DNA of 64,000 bases from NCBI GenBank assembly GCA_003278845.1, contig QCCX01000004.1, positions 12,524-76,523 on the forward strand. The letters are read 5' to 3'. The notes beneath the pieces are model-generated. The model saw only the letters and a program-made list of their open reading frames with translations, was not told the DNA's origin and did not search any database. This DNA is from Prochlorococcus sp. AG-347-O22 (GTDB taxonomy: Bacteria > Cyanobacteriota > Cyanobacteriia > PCC-6307 > Cyanobiaceae). Of this stretch, positions 1 through 10,652 are shown one piece after another. The position numbers and the translations under genes are program-made. Numbering within the stretch: position 1 is the first letter of the stretch; each line of letters starts with the position of its first letter.

Positions 1-456
1 ATGCTTTTAAAAAATCATTTAATAGAAGTTTTTAAACAAGCCTCTTTAGAAAATAATTTTTTGCTTAAAGAAAATGTTGTTCTTAAGTGGGTCCATAGAT
101 TTGGGATCGATTCATTAAATGATTTATTAATCTATAGTTCACTAAAAAAAGAAAATCAAGAACAGATATCTTTAATTGATGAAATGCATGAAGAAATTCA
201 AGAACAGATAACTTTAATTGATGAAGTGCATGAAGAAATTCAAGAACAAATTAAGCTTGAATTATCAAAAACTTTTGAAAATATTGAAGAAACAAAGATG
301 GAATCAAATGGCCTGGAAACTGCTAGAAGCCATGAAATATCTAGCAAAAATCAAAATTCTAATCAAATAAATCAATTTACTGAAACCCCAAAATTACCCC
401 TACCTTATATTAAAAATTTAAGAAAGTGGATTAACAACGATAAAAAAGCTAGTTAG
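1..456 (+). CDS. Hypothetical protein, acidic/Gln-rich, with internal 14-aa duplication (may begin upstream of window)
   Basis: 151-aa ORF ending YIKNLRKWINNDKKAS, convergent on groEL2; no recognisable domain. Confidence 0.6.
   Translation: MLLKNHLIEVFKQASLENNFLLKENVVLKWVHRFGIDSLNDLLIYSSLKKENQEQISLIDEMHEEIQEQITLIDEVHEEIQEQIKLELSKTFENIEETKMESNGLETARSHEISSKNQNSNQINQFTETPKLPLPYIKNLRKWINNDKKAS
157..252 (+). repeat. 42-bp tandem duplication (about 2.3 copies)
   Basis: caagaacagatatctttaattgatgaaatgcatgaagaaatt (157-198) and caagaacagataactttaattgatgaagtgcatgaagaaatt (199-240), then partial caagaacaaatt. Confidence 0.9.
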
Positions 457-459
457 CTT

Positions 460-2181
460 TTACATGATACCTGGCATTCCCATGCCACCCATTCCTGGCA
501 TTCCCATACCACCCATACCCGGCATTCCCATGCCACCCATTCCTGGCATTCCCATGCCACCCATTCCTCCCATTGGATCTCCACCTGGTCCTCCAGGGGC
601 TGCTGCTTCAGGCTCTGGAATGTCTGCCATCGCAACTTCTGTTGTGAGGAGCATAGCTGCAATAGATACTGAATCTTGAAGAGCTAATCTTATTACTTTG
701 GTTGGATCTAAGATTCCTGAATCTTTTAAATCCTCATATTTTCCTGAATTAGCATTAAAGCCTTTGTTAAGTCTTTTAATTTCAGCGACAACTACATCTC
801 CATTAAACCCAGCATTTTTTGCTATTTGTTTGGTGGGTTCCAAAAGGGCTTCTTTGACTATATTTATCCCTGTTCTCAAATCATCTGAAGATGTTTCACT
901 TAAATTTACAAGGTCTTCTGATATTTCAATTAAAGTTTGTCCTCCTCCAGAAACAACACCCTCTTCAATAGCAGCTTTCGTAGCATTAAGGGAATCTTCG
1001 ATTCTCAACTTTTTATGCTTCATCTCTGTTTCTGTAGCAGCCCCTACTTTGATAAGTGCTACACCTCCGGCTAGTTTGGCTATCCTTTCATTTATTTTAT
1101 CCTGATCATACTCAGATTCAGTTATATTAACTTCCCTCTTTAATTTCTCTACTCTCGCTTTAACTAAATCTTTAGTGTCTTCGAAGGCAACAATTGTAGT
1201 TTTATCCTTTGTGATAGTTATTTTTTTTGCTTTTCCTAAATCATTAATCGATACTTTATCAAGTGTCATCGATTTATCTTCGCTAATTAACTTAGCCCCT
1301 GTAAGAATTGCAATATCTTCGAGGGCAGCTTTTCTTCTCTCACCAAATAACGGAGCTCTTACGGCAGCAACATTTAAAACCCCACTATTCTTATTTAAAA
1401 CCAGAGTAGTTAAAGCCTCTCCTTCGATATCTTCAGCAAGAATTAGAAAAGGTGAGCCTGACTTCTGAATTTCTTCAAGTATTGGAACTAGATCAACTAA
1501 AGTTGAGACTTTTTGATCAGTTATTAATATTTTAGGATTTTCAAGTTCACAAACTTGTCTTTCTTGGTCTGTTACGAAATATGGAGAACTATAACCTCTA
1601 TCAAAAGACATACCTTCAGTTATATCTAATTCATTTTCTAGTGATTGAGATTCTTCGACAGTTATTACACCATCTGAAGTAACAATATCCATTGCTTTCG
1701 AAATTATAGATCCAATTTCTTCATCACCTCCAGCACTAACTGTTGCAACTTTTTGGATATCAGAACCATTTAATGAAATACTTTTGGAACTTAATTTTTC
1801 TAAGATAAAAGCTAGGCCTGCCTCCATACCTTTTTTTAACTCCATAGGGTTGGCGCCAGAAGCAATATTTTTTAATCCCTCCTGAACCATCTTCTGAGCC
1901 AAAATGGTTGCTGTTGTTGTTCCATCACCAGCACTCTCTTTTGTCTTGGATGCAACTTGTTCAATTAATTTCGCACCTAAATTAGAAATAGGGTTTTCAA
2001 TCTCGATCTCTTTAGCAACTGTAGATCCATCTCTTACTATATCTGGCGAACCAAATTTCTTTTCTATTACAACGTTTTTTGCCTTCGGCCCAATAGTAAC
2101 CTTTACCGCATTAGCTACGAAATTAACACCTTTTTCTAGCGCTTCTCTTGATTCATTAGAAAAACTTAACTGTTTAGCCAT
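460..2181 (-). CDS. groEL2: Chaperonin GroEL, monocistronic paralog (GroEL2/Cpn60-2)
   Basis: [37 protein letters not shown] motifs and GGM tail; no adjacent groES. Confidence 0.97.
   Translation of the reverse strand: MAKQLSFSNESREALEKGVNFVANAVKVTIGPKAKNVVIEKKFGSPDIVRDGSTVAKEIEIENPISNLGAKLIEQVASKTKESAGDGTTTATILAQKMVQEGLKNIASGANPMELKKGMEAGLAFILEKLSSKSISLNGSDIQKVATVSAGGDEEIGSIISKAMDIVTSDGVITVEESQSLENELDITEGMSFDRGYSSPYFVTDQERQVCELENPKILITDQKVSTLVDLVPILEEIQKSGSPFLILAEDIEGEALTTLVLNKNSGVLNVAAVRAPLFGERRKAALEDIAILTGAKLISEDKSMTLDKVSINDLGKAKKITITKDKTTIVAFEDTKDLVKARVEKLKREVNITESEYDQDKINERIAKLAGGVALIKVGAATETEMKHKKLRIEDSLNATKAAIEEGVVSGGGQTLIEISEDLVNLSETSSDDLRTGINIVKEALLEPTKQIAKNAGFNGDVVVAEIKRLNKGFNANSGKYEDLKDSGILDPTKVIRLALQDSVSIAAMLLTTEVAMADIPEPEAAAPGGPGGDPMGGMGGMGMPGMGGMGMPGMGGMGMPGMGGMGMPGIM
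470..565 (-). repeat. 4 x 24-bp tandem repeat encoding the GroEL2 MGGMGMPG tail
   Basis: Plus-strand unit cctggcattcccatgccacccatt at 470, 494, 518 and 542; units 1 and 4 identical. Confidence 0.95.
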
Positions 2182-2246
2182 GTTTGCTCGATCTTTTATC
2201 TTATTCTAATCTCCCATAGAATCATTTTTAAGTGATATTTAATTAA

Positions 2247-2262
2247 GTGGGGAAAGCCGAAT
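2247..2262 (-). promoter_or_regulatory. K-box-like element upstream of groEL2
   Basis: Minus strand ATTCGG-CTTT-CCCCAC versus cyanobacterial K-box GTTCGG-NNAN-CCNNAC (2 mismatches); candidate -10 TAGAAT at 2208-2203. Confidence 0.55.
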
Positions 2263-2312
2263 TTCTTTTAATAGGACATACAAATTAACTCAAATAAGAG
2301 TATCTTTAAGTT

Positions 2313-2492
2313 ATGGAAGAAACAAATAATCTTATTTTTACTCTTACCGCAATCCTCGCGATTGCTATGACACTAATATACTTTCCTTTAAGATTTTTCT
2401 TAACATTAACTGCTAGAAGTCGAAGACTAAAACTTTTACAAAAAATTAGAAGGTTGAGAGATGAATTAGGCCAGCCTTATGAAAGTACATAA
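2313..2492 (+). CDS. Small (59-aa) single-TM hypothetical protein, not in ORF track
   Basis: MEETNNLIFTLTAILAIAMTLIYFPLRFFLTLTARSRRLKLLQKIRRLRDELGQPYEST*; fills the groEL2-fabG gap; hydrophobic helix followed by a basic tail. Confidence 0.65.
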   Translation: MEETNNLIFTLTAILAIAMTLIYFPLRFFLTLTARSRRLKLLQKIRRLRDELGQPYEST

Positions 2493-2498
2493 CTATAA

Positions 2499-3248
2499 CT
2501 AAATACTCATACCCCCGTCTATACTGATGGTTTGCCCTGTAATGTAACTTCCTGCATCACTTGAAACTAAGAATGACACTAAGTTTGCAATTTGAGTACA
2601 ACTTCCTAATTTCCCTAAAGGGATAACTTTAAGTATATCTTCAGTATTAAGTTTTTCAGTCATTTCTGTTTCTATAAAGCCTGGAGCTATTGCATTTACG
2701 TTTATACCTCTTGAAGCAAATTCTTTAGCACAAGTTTTGGTGAATCCAATAACTCCAGCTTTAGCGGCAGAATAATTTGCTTGACCGGGATTACCAATTA
2801 TTCCAACAACAGATGAAATATTTACGATACTACCACTTCTTTTTTTCATCATAAATTTTGAAGCATATTTTGTACAAAGAAAAACCCCTTTTAAGTTTGT
2901 ATTTAATACATCATCCCATTGTTCCGATTTCATTCTCATCAATAGTCCATCTCTAGTAATACCAGCATTGTTAATAAGAATATCAATGGAACCATTAATT
3001 TTTATGATTTCTTCAAAAGCTGAACTGACAGAATCCTCTCTTGATACATCGAATTTTAATTTATGAGCTTTACCTCCCGAATTTTTTATTGAATTTACAA
3101 CTTCTTCAGCTTTTTCATCAGAAGAAGAGTAATTAATAAAAACTTCTGCTCCTAAGCGGCTTAGTTCTAAAGCAATTTCTTTACCAATTCCTCTGCTAGC
3201 TCCAGTGATTAAAGCAACTTTGCCTGATAATGAATCTGTATTGGACAT
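2499..3248 (-). CDS. fabG: 3-oxoacyl-ACP reductase
   Basis: TGASRGIG, NNAGITRD, YSAAK SDR motifs. Confidence 0.95.
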   Translation of the reverse strand: MSNTDSLSGKVALITGASRGIGKEIALELSRLGAEVFINYSSSDEKAEEVVNSIKNSGGKAHKLKFDVSREDSVSSAFEEIIKINGSIDILINNAGITRDGLLMRMKSEQWDDVLNTNLKGVFLCTKYASKFMMKKRSGSIVNISSVVGIIGNPGQANYSAAKAGVIGFTKTCAKEFASRGINVNAIAPGFIETEMTEKLNTEDILKVIPLGKLGSCTQIANLVSFLVSSDAGSYITGQTISIDGGMSI

Positions 3249-3340
3249 TATGAAATTTTATAATTTTTAATCGTAGTACTATTTGTGTAAAGATATTGCT
3301 TTTATTTATAATTGTCTAGAATATATTAAGACCTTCTATT

Positions 3341-4012
3341 GTGCACTTTTTAATACCAGCTGCAGGGAGTGGTAGCAGAATGAAAGCTGGAAAAAATAAA
3401 TTACTTATTGATTTAGAGGGAGAGTCTTTGATTTATTGGACACTTAAATCTGTATTTTCTGCAAGCTCAACAAACTGGGTTGGAATAATTGGGCAACCGA
3501 AAGATAAAAACTTATTACTAAATTCAGCAAAGGATTTTGCCCATAAAGTTCATTGGATTAATGGTGGTGACACCAGACAAAAGTCAGTTTTTAATGGTTT
3601 AAAAGCGTTACCAAAAGATGCTGAAAAAGTTTTAATACATGATGGCGCTAGATGTCTAATTAATCCTGAATTGATAGACCTTTGTACCAAGCAATTAGAT
3701 GAAAATGAAGCTGTAATTTTAGCTACTAAGGTTACAGACACTATAAAGGTTGTTGATAATGAAGGTTTTATTAAAGAAACACCAGACAGAAATTATTTAT
3801 GGGCAGCGCAAACTCCTCAGGGCTTTTTAGTAGATAGATTAAAAAAAGCTCATAAGATGGCAATTGATAAAAACTGGAAAGTCACAGATGATGCTTCTCT
3901 ATTCGAAATGCTTAATTGGAAAGTGAAGATTATTGAAGGAACTTATTCAAATATAAAAATTACATCCCCTATAGATTTGAAAATAGCAAAACTTTTTGTG
4001 AAGAACTCCTAG
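3341..4012 (+). CDS. ispD: 2-C-methyl-D-erythritol 4-phosphate cytidylyltransferase
   Basis: PAAGSGSRM, HDGAR, QTPQGF, TDDAS, NIKIT motifs. Confidence 0.95.
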   Translation: MHFLIPAAGSGSRMKAGKNKLLIDLEGESLIYWTLKSVFSASSTNWVGIIGQPKDKNLLLNSAKDFAHKVHWINGGDTRQKSVFNGLKALPKDAEKVLIHDGARCLINPELIDLCTKQLDENEAVILATKVTDTIKVVDNEGFIKETPDRNYLWAAQTPQGFLVDRLKKAHKMAIDKNWKVTDDASLFEMLNWKVKIIEGTYSNIKITSPIDLKIAKLFVKNS

Positions 4013-4882
4013 TTAAAAAGGTTTATCGATACTAAGAATGCCGTTGTCACCATTTAAGGTTGCTTCATACCCTAACGGGATGCATGCATTCCCTGATATG
4101 TGGCCTATTGGGAGATCAAAAAGAATAGGAAAATCGAACTCTTGAAGTCTTTCAATAATGCAGTTTTTTAGAAAATCTTTCCATTCAAGGTCGCAGGAAT
4201 CATTAGAAAAACTTCCGAATCCAATACCCGCAATTTCAGAAATTGTTTTAGTCATCCTAAGGTAAGTCAACATGCGATCAATTTTATAAATATCTTCATT
4301 AATGTCTTCAAAAATTATTATTTTCCCTTTGCAATCTGGAAAGTGATTAGTACCAATTAAAAAAGTAGCAATAGTTAAGTTAGAAACTATTATCTCTCCT
4401 TTTGCTTTCCCACCTCTTAAAGGGATTCCTATTATGTCCTCAACATATCCCTCAAAAAGTAAATTTCTTAATCTCTCAAGACTCCACTCTGGTTCTTTGA
4501 AAAGGCTAGTAACCATGGGGCCATGGATAGAACCTATAAATCCTTGAGAATATTTAGATAGTAATAAAGAACATGTATCTGAGAATCCAAGCATTAAACC
4601 ATGCTGCCAAGAAGGTTCTTTTTCTAAAAGTCTTGCTGAACCCCAGCCTCCTTTTGCAAAAATGATTAGCTTACTATTTTGTGCTTTTTCAAGTTCTTCA
4701 AATCTAGTTAGATCATCGCCTGCAAAATAACCAAATTTTTTTGATAGAGAATTATTTTCATTAATTTCCAAACCCCAGTTTTTTAAGATTTCTATGCCTT
4801 TTTGAAAATTTTCGTTTTCATCAAGATAGGAGCCTGGAGCTAAAATATCTATTAAATCCCCTTTTTTTAATCTAAAAACCAT
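4013..4882 (-). CDS. LD-carboxypeptidase (peptidase S66 family)
   Basis: KGGWG, GFSD (Ser), EDINE (Glu), PIGH (His) triad motifs. Confidence 0.88.
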   Translation of the reverse strand: MVFRLKKGDLIDILAPGSYLDENENFQKGIEILKNWGLEINENNSLSKKFGYFAGDDLTRFEELEKAQNSKLIIFAKGGWGSARLLEKEPSWQHGLMLGFSDTCSLLLSKYSQGFIGSIHGPMVTSLFKEPEWSLERLRNLLFEGYVEDIIGIPLRGGKAKGEIIVSNLTIATFLIGTNHFPDCKGKIIIFEDINEDIYKIDRMLTYLRMTKTISEIAGIGFGSFSNDSCDLEWKDFLKNCIIERLQEFDFPILFDLPIGHISGNACIPLGYEATLNGDNGILSIDKPF

Positions 4883-4891
4883 ATTTAGAAT

Positions 4892-5800
4892 TTATGAGGC
4901 AATAATAATTCCTAATAAAATAACTCCTCCATAAATTGATTGATTTTTGAAGTGATTGCCAATATTTTTTATTGATTGCTTTTCCTCAGGAAATACTTTT
5001 AGTATATCTCTCTGCATTAAGATTGACGTTGCAAGCCAAATTGGCCAAAAAATAAAATCCATTTGATTAATAAATCCGCATATTGCGAGAAAAAAAGAAG
5101 TTAAAAAATAACAAATTTGAATTGTTATTCTTGTATTGTTCTGGAGGTTAACTGCGGAACTATTAATTCCAATTTTGATATCATATTTTTTATCTGCTAA
5201 AGCATAAATCGTGTCAAAGCCAAAAGTCCAAAAAATGGTAGCTAGCCAGCAAAATAGTAAAACAATACTATTTAAATTGCCTTCATTTGCGGCCCAGGGA
5301 ATTAAGACAGCAAAACCCCAGCAAATGGATAAGATTAATTGAGGATATTTAAACCATCTTTTAGCAGAAGGATAAATTAAGATGATAGGTAATGCTAAAA
5401 AAGCAAGTGAAATTGAAAGGATTCTTCCAGGCTGAGGTAGTGACAAAGTTAGAGAAAAGCTACATAAAATTAAAAAGAAAAGAATTGAATAAGCTGTTTT
5501 AAGACCGATTTTATTTGCAGCTAAAGGTCTATTTTTTGTCCTAACAACTCTTTGATCAATTTTTTTGTCCCAAATATCATTAACCACGCAGCCTAATCCA
5601 CTTACTAGTAGTCCTCCCAGTATTATTCTTAGCAACATTAAAAATGTTGGATTAGCATCTGGAGTTAAATATAAACTCCATCCAGCAGGAATAAGTAAGA
5701 TCATTCTTCCAGTAGGCTTATTCCACCTTAATAATTCAAAAAAAGTACTTAATTTAATTTGTCGATTTTTATTTTGCATATGACCTATTGTATATTTCAT
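4892..5800 (-). CDS. ubiA: 4-hydroxybenzoate polyprenyl(solanesyl)transferase
   Basis: NDIWDKKID..RTKNRPL and FDTIYALAD Asp-rich motifs; multi-TM; alternative start 5779. Confidence 0.92.
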   Translation of the reverse strand: MKYTIGHMQNKNRQIKLSTFFELLRWNKPTGRMILLIPAGWSLYLTPDANPTFLMLLRIILGGLLVSGLGCVVNDIWDKKIDQRVVRTKNRPLAANKIGLKTAYSILFFLILCSFSLTLSLPQPGRILSISLAFLALPIILIYPSAKRWFKYPQLILSICWGFAVLIPWAANEGNLNSIVLLFCWLATIFWTFGFDTIYALADKKYDIKIGINSSAVNLQNNTRITIQICYFLTSFFLAICGFINQMDFIFWPIWLATSILMQRDILKVFPEEKQSIKNIGNHFKNQSIYGGVILLGIIIAS

Positions 5801-5904
5801 AACTTTAAATAATCTTACTAGGATTAAATGATTTCTATTATTTAATAATCAATGTTGGGTATATTTATTAATGGATTAAAGATATCTTCGTCTTATAAAA
5901 AGAA

Positions 5905-7500
5905 ATGATACTGAAACAAGATTTAAGATATTTTCAAGAAAAGCAAATTTTAGTAGCTTCTATAGATATAGGAACTAACTCTACACATCTCTTGGTAGCA
6001 GAAATTAATCTAGAATTAAAATCATTTTCAATAAAATTTACTGATAAATCAACCACTCGTCTTGGAGAAAGAGATGAGGAGGGTAATCTTACTGAAGAAT
6101 CAATCCAAAGGGCATTAGTTACTCTTAAGCGATTTAAGGAATATTGTAAAAGTAATGGAGTAAAACAAATCGTAACAGCAGCAACAAGTGCAGTTAGGGA
6201 AGCTCCAAACGGTCAAGATTTTATTAGAAGAGTTCTTAATGAAACTGATATTCAAATAGAAATGATAAGTGGTTCTGAGGAGGCCAGATTAATTTACCTT
6301 GGTGTTCTTTCTGGTATGTCTTTTGAAGATCAGTCTTTTGTAATTATAGATATTGGAGGAGGATCTACAGAATTAATACTTGCAGATAAAAAAGATGCTG
6401 TAGCTCTTACCAGTTCGAGAATTGGTGCGGTAAGACTTAAAAATGATTTTTTAAATAAAGGGTCTATAACTTCAGAAAGATCGAGTTTTTTAACAACTTT
6501 TATTAAAGGATCTTTAGAACCATCTGTTCGAAAAATAAAGAGTAGATCTAAGGGAGATAAGCCTTTATCTATGATTGCAACTAGTGGCACTGCAACCTCA
6601 TTAGGAAATTTGATTTCAGATGATTTGGGAGAATCTAAACAAAAGTTGCATGGTTATAAATTCAAAAGGGAAAATTTACAAAATGTATTGGGGAAACTAA
6701 TTAAATTGCCAGTTTCGGAAATCAAGAAAATACCTTCATTAAGTGAGAGAAGAGCAGAAATAATTATTCCAGGAGCATTGATATTAAACACCGCAATGGA
6801 GATGTTGAACTTTGATGAATTAATAATAAGTGAGAGGGCGCTTCGAGAGGGTTTGGTTGTGGATTGGATGCTTCGTAAAGGGATAATTAAAAATGAGTTA
6901 AATATTCAAGGCAATATTAGAAAAACAACTATAGTTCATCAGGCCAGAAAGTTTGGAGTAGATAATACAAGATCTGAGAAAGTTATTGATATTGCCTTTC
7001 AAATCTATGATCAGACTAAAAATATCTTTCATAGCGATAATGACCCTAAAGCTAAAGAACTTCTTTGGGCAGCTTCTAATCTTTATAATTGTGGGAAATA
7101 TGTGAATGTTGGTTCATATCACAAACACTCTTGGTACTTAATAAAAAATTGTGAGTTGTTGGGATATTCTGAAGCAGAAACAAATATTATTGCTTCAATT
7201 GCTAGGTACCATAGAAAGACTCTACCGAAGAAAAGACATGAGTCTTGGCAAAATTTAATATCCAAAGAAGATAAAACAATAGTTCTTGAAATGTCATTAA
7301 TTCTGAGAATTGCAGCAGCTCTTGATCAAAGACCTGACAAGGTGATCTCCTCAGTTCAAATAAAATTGCAGGAAAATAATCTTACATTTCAACTTTTACC
7401 TTTAGATAGAAACCATGATCTTCTTCTTGAAAAATGGAACTTAGGATTATGCCGTAATGTAATAAAAGAACTAAAGAATTTGGAATTAAAAGTTATTTAG
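5905..7500 (+). CDS. ppx: Exopolyphosphatase Ppx/GppA
   Basis: IDIGTNS, ATSAVREA, EEARL, DIGGGSTE, LREG motifs plus C-terminal HD-like domain. Confidence 0.93.
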   Translation: MILKQDLRYFQEKQILVASIDIGTNSTHLLVAEINLELKSFSIKFTDKSTTRLGERDEEGNLTEESIQRALVTLKRFKEYCKSNGVKQIVTAATSAVREAPNGQDFIRRVLNETDIQIEMISGSEEARLIYLGVLSGMSFEDQSFVIIDIGGGSTELILADKKDAVALTSSRIGAVRLKNDFLNKGSITSERSSFLTTFIKGSLEPSVRKIKSRSKGDKPLSMIATSGTATSLGNLISDDLGESKQKLHGYKFKRENLQNVLGKLIKLPVSEIKKIPSLSERRAEIIIPGALILNTAMEMLNFDELIISERALREGLVVDWMLRKGIIKNELNIQGNIRKTTIVHQARKFGVDNTRSEKVIDIAFQIYDQTKNIFHSDNDPKAKELLWAASNLYNCGKYVNVGSYHKHSWYLIKNCELLGYSEAETNIIASIARYHRKTLPKKRHESWQNLISKEDKTIVLEMSLILRIAAALDQRPDKVISSVQIKLQENNLTFQLLPLDRNHDLLLEKWNLGLCRNVIKELKNLELKVI

Positions 7501-7987
7501 TTTTTTTAATTAGTTCTTGTTTTGGAGTTTGATTCTTAGAAGAATCTGAAAATAAATTGAAAATTAAGGACGAGGCGATTAGTCCGAGAAAACCTGAAAT
7601 TAAAATAAATATAAGGAATCCTAGTGGATTAAAATTCTTAGATTGCCTAGTTTTATAGTTTTTTTTGGAAACTTCTTCAACTATTTCTTCAATTTTCACT
7701 TCTTTCCTCTCTGTCTTGAATTCATCCATTAAAAATTCTGTATCAAGTTTTAGCTTCTGTGAAATCCTTCTAATCATTGCTTTGATAAATACTTTTTCAG
7801 GTAGTTTTTCTTCATTACCTCCCTCTATGGCTTCAAGTTGATGAGCTCCAATTTTTAAATCAGAAGCCAATTCTTCAATTGATTGATTTTTACTTAACCT
7901 AGCCTCTTTTATGAAATTTCCGATTCTCTTTAAAGAGGAATCTCCCCCTTTATTGTTGATTCCCGAAACAGATTTTATTTCTTTCAA
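7493..7987 (-). CDS. XRE-type HTH membrane protein (RodZ-like N-terminus plus TM)
   Basis: IKEARLSKNQSIEELASDLKIGAHQLEAIE HTH followed by one TM helix. Confidence 0.75.
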   Translation of the reverse strand: MKEIKSVSGINNKGGDSSLKRIGNFIKEARLSKNQSIEELASDLKIGAHQLEAIEGGNEEKLPEKVFIKAMIRRISQKLKLDTEFLMDEFKTERKEVKIEEIVEEVSKKNYKTRQSKNFNPLGFLIFILISGFLGLIASSLIFNLFSDSSKNQTPKQELIKKTK

Positions 7988-8042
7988 AGCAAATAAATTT
8001 TTACTAATTATAGTAATTAATATTTTTCTATCAACTCTAAGA

Positions 8043-8798
8043 TTATTTATTCCTAAAGAGATGCTTATAAGATGGATTATAAAGATTAGATTTTTTTTGA
8101 GAATTACTAATTGCTGGGCTAATTATGTAAATGGTTGTTCTAATTAGTTTTTTCTCAATAGAAAATTTTTCCATATCTTTTAATTCTATTAATGATGTCC
8201 AACCATCATCCCAAGATACTCTAAATCCAACAATCACTTTGGTCTCTGGAGGGTAAAACTCTAGTAAAGTTTCTTGAGACCTTTTCACATGCCTAGCACT
8301 TAGATATAGACATATAGAGGAATTGTGTTTCGCAAGACCTTTTAGAGATTCTTTTTCGGGCATCCCTGTTCGACCTCCTGCTCTAGTTAAAATTATTGTT
8401 TGCGTTACGTCAGGGATGGTTAACTCAGCTTCATGATATGCTGCAGCAACTTGAAAAGCACTTACTCCAGGAACAACCTCGATTTCAATTTTTTCGTTTT
8501 TTAAAATTTCGATTTGCTCTCTAATTGCTCCAAAAAGGCAAGGGTCTCCATCATGCAACCTTACAACAGTTTTCCCTGCTTGAAATTTTTCTATCATAAT
8601 TGAGGTGATTTGCTCTAAGTTAAGTGAACTCGTTTTTATTTTTTCAGAACCTTCTTTAGCAGAATCTAAGATCTTTTCAGGAATTAGAGAATCAGTCCAA
8701 ATAATGACATCTGCAATTTTTATCTTTTTTAATGCTTTTAAAGTTAATAATTCTGGATCGCCTGGACCAACACCAATAAAGGATATTTTGTTATCCAT
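8043..8798 (-). CDS. cobM: Precorrin-4 C11-methyltransferase
   Basis: [33 protein letters not shown]; ATG at 8798 overlaps lgt stop. Confidence 0.93.
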   Translation of the reverse strand: MDNKISFIGVGPGDPELLTLKALKKIKIADVIIWTDSLIPEKILDSAKEGSEKIKTSSLNLEQITSIMIEKFQAGKTVVRLHDGDPCLFGAIREQIEILKNEKIEIEVVPGVSAFQVAAAYHEAELTIPDVTQTIILTRAGGRTGMPEKESLKGLAKHNSSICLYLSARHVKRSQETLLEFYPPETKVIVGFRVSWDDGWTSLIELKDMEKFSIEKKLIRTTIYIISPAISNSQKKSNLYNPSYKHLFRNK

Positions 8799-9684
8799 TC
8801 TTTCTATTTTTCCCACTATATGTTCTCAATCTTAAAAAAAATATTCCAATTAATCCAGAAGAAAATAGAAAAATACTTATAAATTGAGCCATTCTTATAC
8901 CGCCATCACAGAAAGGTGGAAGTCCACCAATGCATAGTGGGTCAGTTCTTAAACCTTCAATCCAGAATCGTCCAAAGCTATAACTTATTAAATAAAGACA
9001 GCTAATAAAGCCAGGCCTGAAAAAATCTGTTTTATTTTGTCTATTAAAGGTAATAATAAGGATGATGAAAATCAAAAGATTCCACAATGACTCATAGAGA
9101 AATGTAGGATGAAAAAATTCATAATTAATAAATTCTAAAGGCCTATTTTGGATAGGTATAAATAATTTCCAAGGCAAGTTTGTAGGAACTCCAAAGGCTT
9201 CATTATTGAAAAAATTTCCCCACCTTCCTATTGATTGTCCAAGAATAATCGAGGGTATTAATATATCTATAAAGGTTTTTAAATTAATTTTTTTCGATTT
9301 ACAGAAATAGATAATAGATATTAATCCTCCAATTAGACCTCCATGGATTGCTATGCCTCCTTCCCAAACTGCAAGGAAAGAAGGTATTTGAATGATGTTA
9401 TTGAATAGTTCAAAAGAAGTAAAAAAGTTCTCTCCGCTATATTGACTCCACTCAAAAATTACGTAATAAGTTCTAGCTCCAATTATTGAAGAGATAATTA
9501 ATGATGGAAGTATTTCACTAATGTACTCTGGGTTAATATTTCTTGCCTTTGCTAGTTTTTTAGAGACAAATAGGCCTATTAAAACTGAAACCGAAATAAG
9601 AAGTCCGTACCATCTAATAGTTATGAATCCTAAATTTAAAAAAGTTTCTCCTGGAGATTGTATAAAAGCTTGAAGTATAAGCAT
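8791..9684 (-). CDS. lgt: Prolipoprotein diacylglyceryl transferase
   Basis: [34 protein letters not shown] motifs. Confidence 0.96.
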   Translation of the reverse strand: MLILQAFIQSPGETFLNLGFITIRWYGLLISVSVLIGLFVSKKLAKARNINPEYISEILPSLIISSIIGARTYYVIFEWSQYSGENFFTSFELFNNIIQIPSFLAVWEGGIAIHGGLIGGLISIIYFCKSKKINLKTFIDILIPSIILGQSIGRWGNFFNNEAFGVPTNLPWKLFIPIQNRPLEFINYEFFHPTFLYESLWNLLIFIILIITFNRQNKTDFFRPGFISCLYLISYSFGRFWIEGLRTDPLCIGGLPPFCDGGIRMAQFISIFLFSSGLIGIFFLRLRTYSGKNRKNG

Positions 9685-9694
9685 TTAGAGAAAG

Positions 9695-10648
9695 TTAGAT
9701 ACCCTCTGCTGCTTGCACTTTTTCTACTTGTTTTTTCTTTAATACTAAAAGTATTTGTGTTAAGCCTACACCAATGAAGAATGCAATCAATCCAATAACT
9801 CTATAAGGGCTCTGAAGTACAACCTCAGCATCTAATTGCCCAAAGCCACCAACGTTGGGATCATTTGTAAGAGGGTCACCTACATTAATTTTGTCTTGCG
9901 CTTTTACTATAATTTGAGGACCAACAGGCACTGCTTCAGTAATTATTTCACCATTATCTTTTTCTATATTGACTTGATAGCTACCATCTTCAATTGTTTC
10001 TATTGAATTTATAATGCCTGCGGTAGAAGAAGTGAATACTACATTATTACTCTTGTCTCCAGTTGGATATACCTGACCTCTACCTCTATTGCCTCCAATA
10101 TGTAACGAGTATTTCCCATAGTGATATTCTTTATTAGTGGATGGGTCAGGGGAAAGTACAGGGAAAACGATTTCTTTATTGGTATCGCCTGGTAAAGGTC
10201 CGACAATAATGATATTTTCTTTCTCTTCACTGTAGTTAGTAAAATAAACCCCTTCTGTCTCCTCTTTTATTTCTTCGGTCCATCTTTCTTGTGGAGCAAG
10301 TTTAAAGCCATCAGGCAGCATTACAACAGCACCAACTTGTAATGGAACTTCCGAACCATCAGCCCCTATCTCTTTTAAATCATTTTTGTAGGGTATTTTG
10401 ACTACAGCTTTGAAAACACTGTCTGCTCCAACAGATTGTGGAACCTCTGCAATTGTAGGCATCTGAGCTAGATGACAATTTGCACAGACTATCTTACCTG
10501 TGGCTTCTCTTGGGGATTCGTAGTTTTGCTGAGCCCAAAATGGATAAGCAAAACTAATCTCTGGATAAAATACAATGCTTGAAATGAAAAGCAGAGTACA
10601 GATAAATAAACTTGTTTTTTTCATGATTTGATTTTTAATACCTTTCAT
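9695..10648 (-). CDS. petA: Apocytochrome f
   Basis: YPFWAQ mature N-terminus, CANCH heme motif, GGNRGRGQ, C-terminal TM; start placed at 10648 (alt 10624), just after petC. Confidence 0.97.
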   Translation of the reverse strand: MKGIKNQIMKKTSLFICTLLFISSIVFYPEISFAYPFWAQQNYESPREATGKIVCANCHLAQMPTIAEVPQSVGADSVFKAVVKIPYKNDLKEIGADGSEVPLQVGAVVMLPDGFKLAPQERWTEEIKEETEGVYFTNYSEEKENIIIVGPLPGDTNKEIVFPVLSPDPSTNKEYHYGKYSLHIGGNRGRGQVYPTGDKSNNVVFTSSTAGIINSIETIEDGSYQVNIEKDNGEIITEAVPVGPQIIVKAQDKINVGDPLTNDPNVGGFGQLDAEVVLQSPYRVIGLIAFFIGVGLTQILLVLKKKQVEKVQAAEGI

Positions 10649-10652
10649 TTTT

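Noticed and set aside
470-565. Regular short repeats as a possible CRISPR array
   Set aside because: Units are contiguous with no unique spacers, lie inside a CDS, and no cas genes are present.
453-679. ORFs 453..662 (-) with WECQEWVA repeats and 464..679 (+) with IPGIPMPP repeats
   Set aside because: Alternative-frame and antisense readings of the groEL2 24-bp GGM repeat.
698-2209. Plus-strand ORFs of 97-135 aa within groEL2
   Set aside because: Antisense shadows of a conserved gene with no independent motifs.
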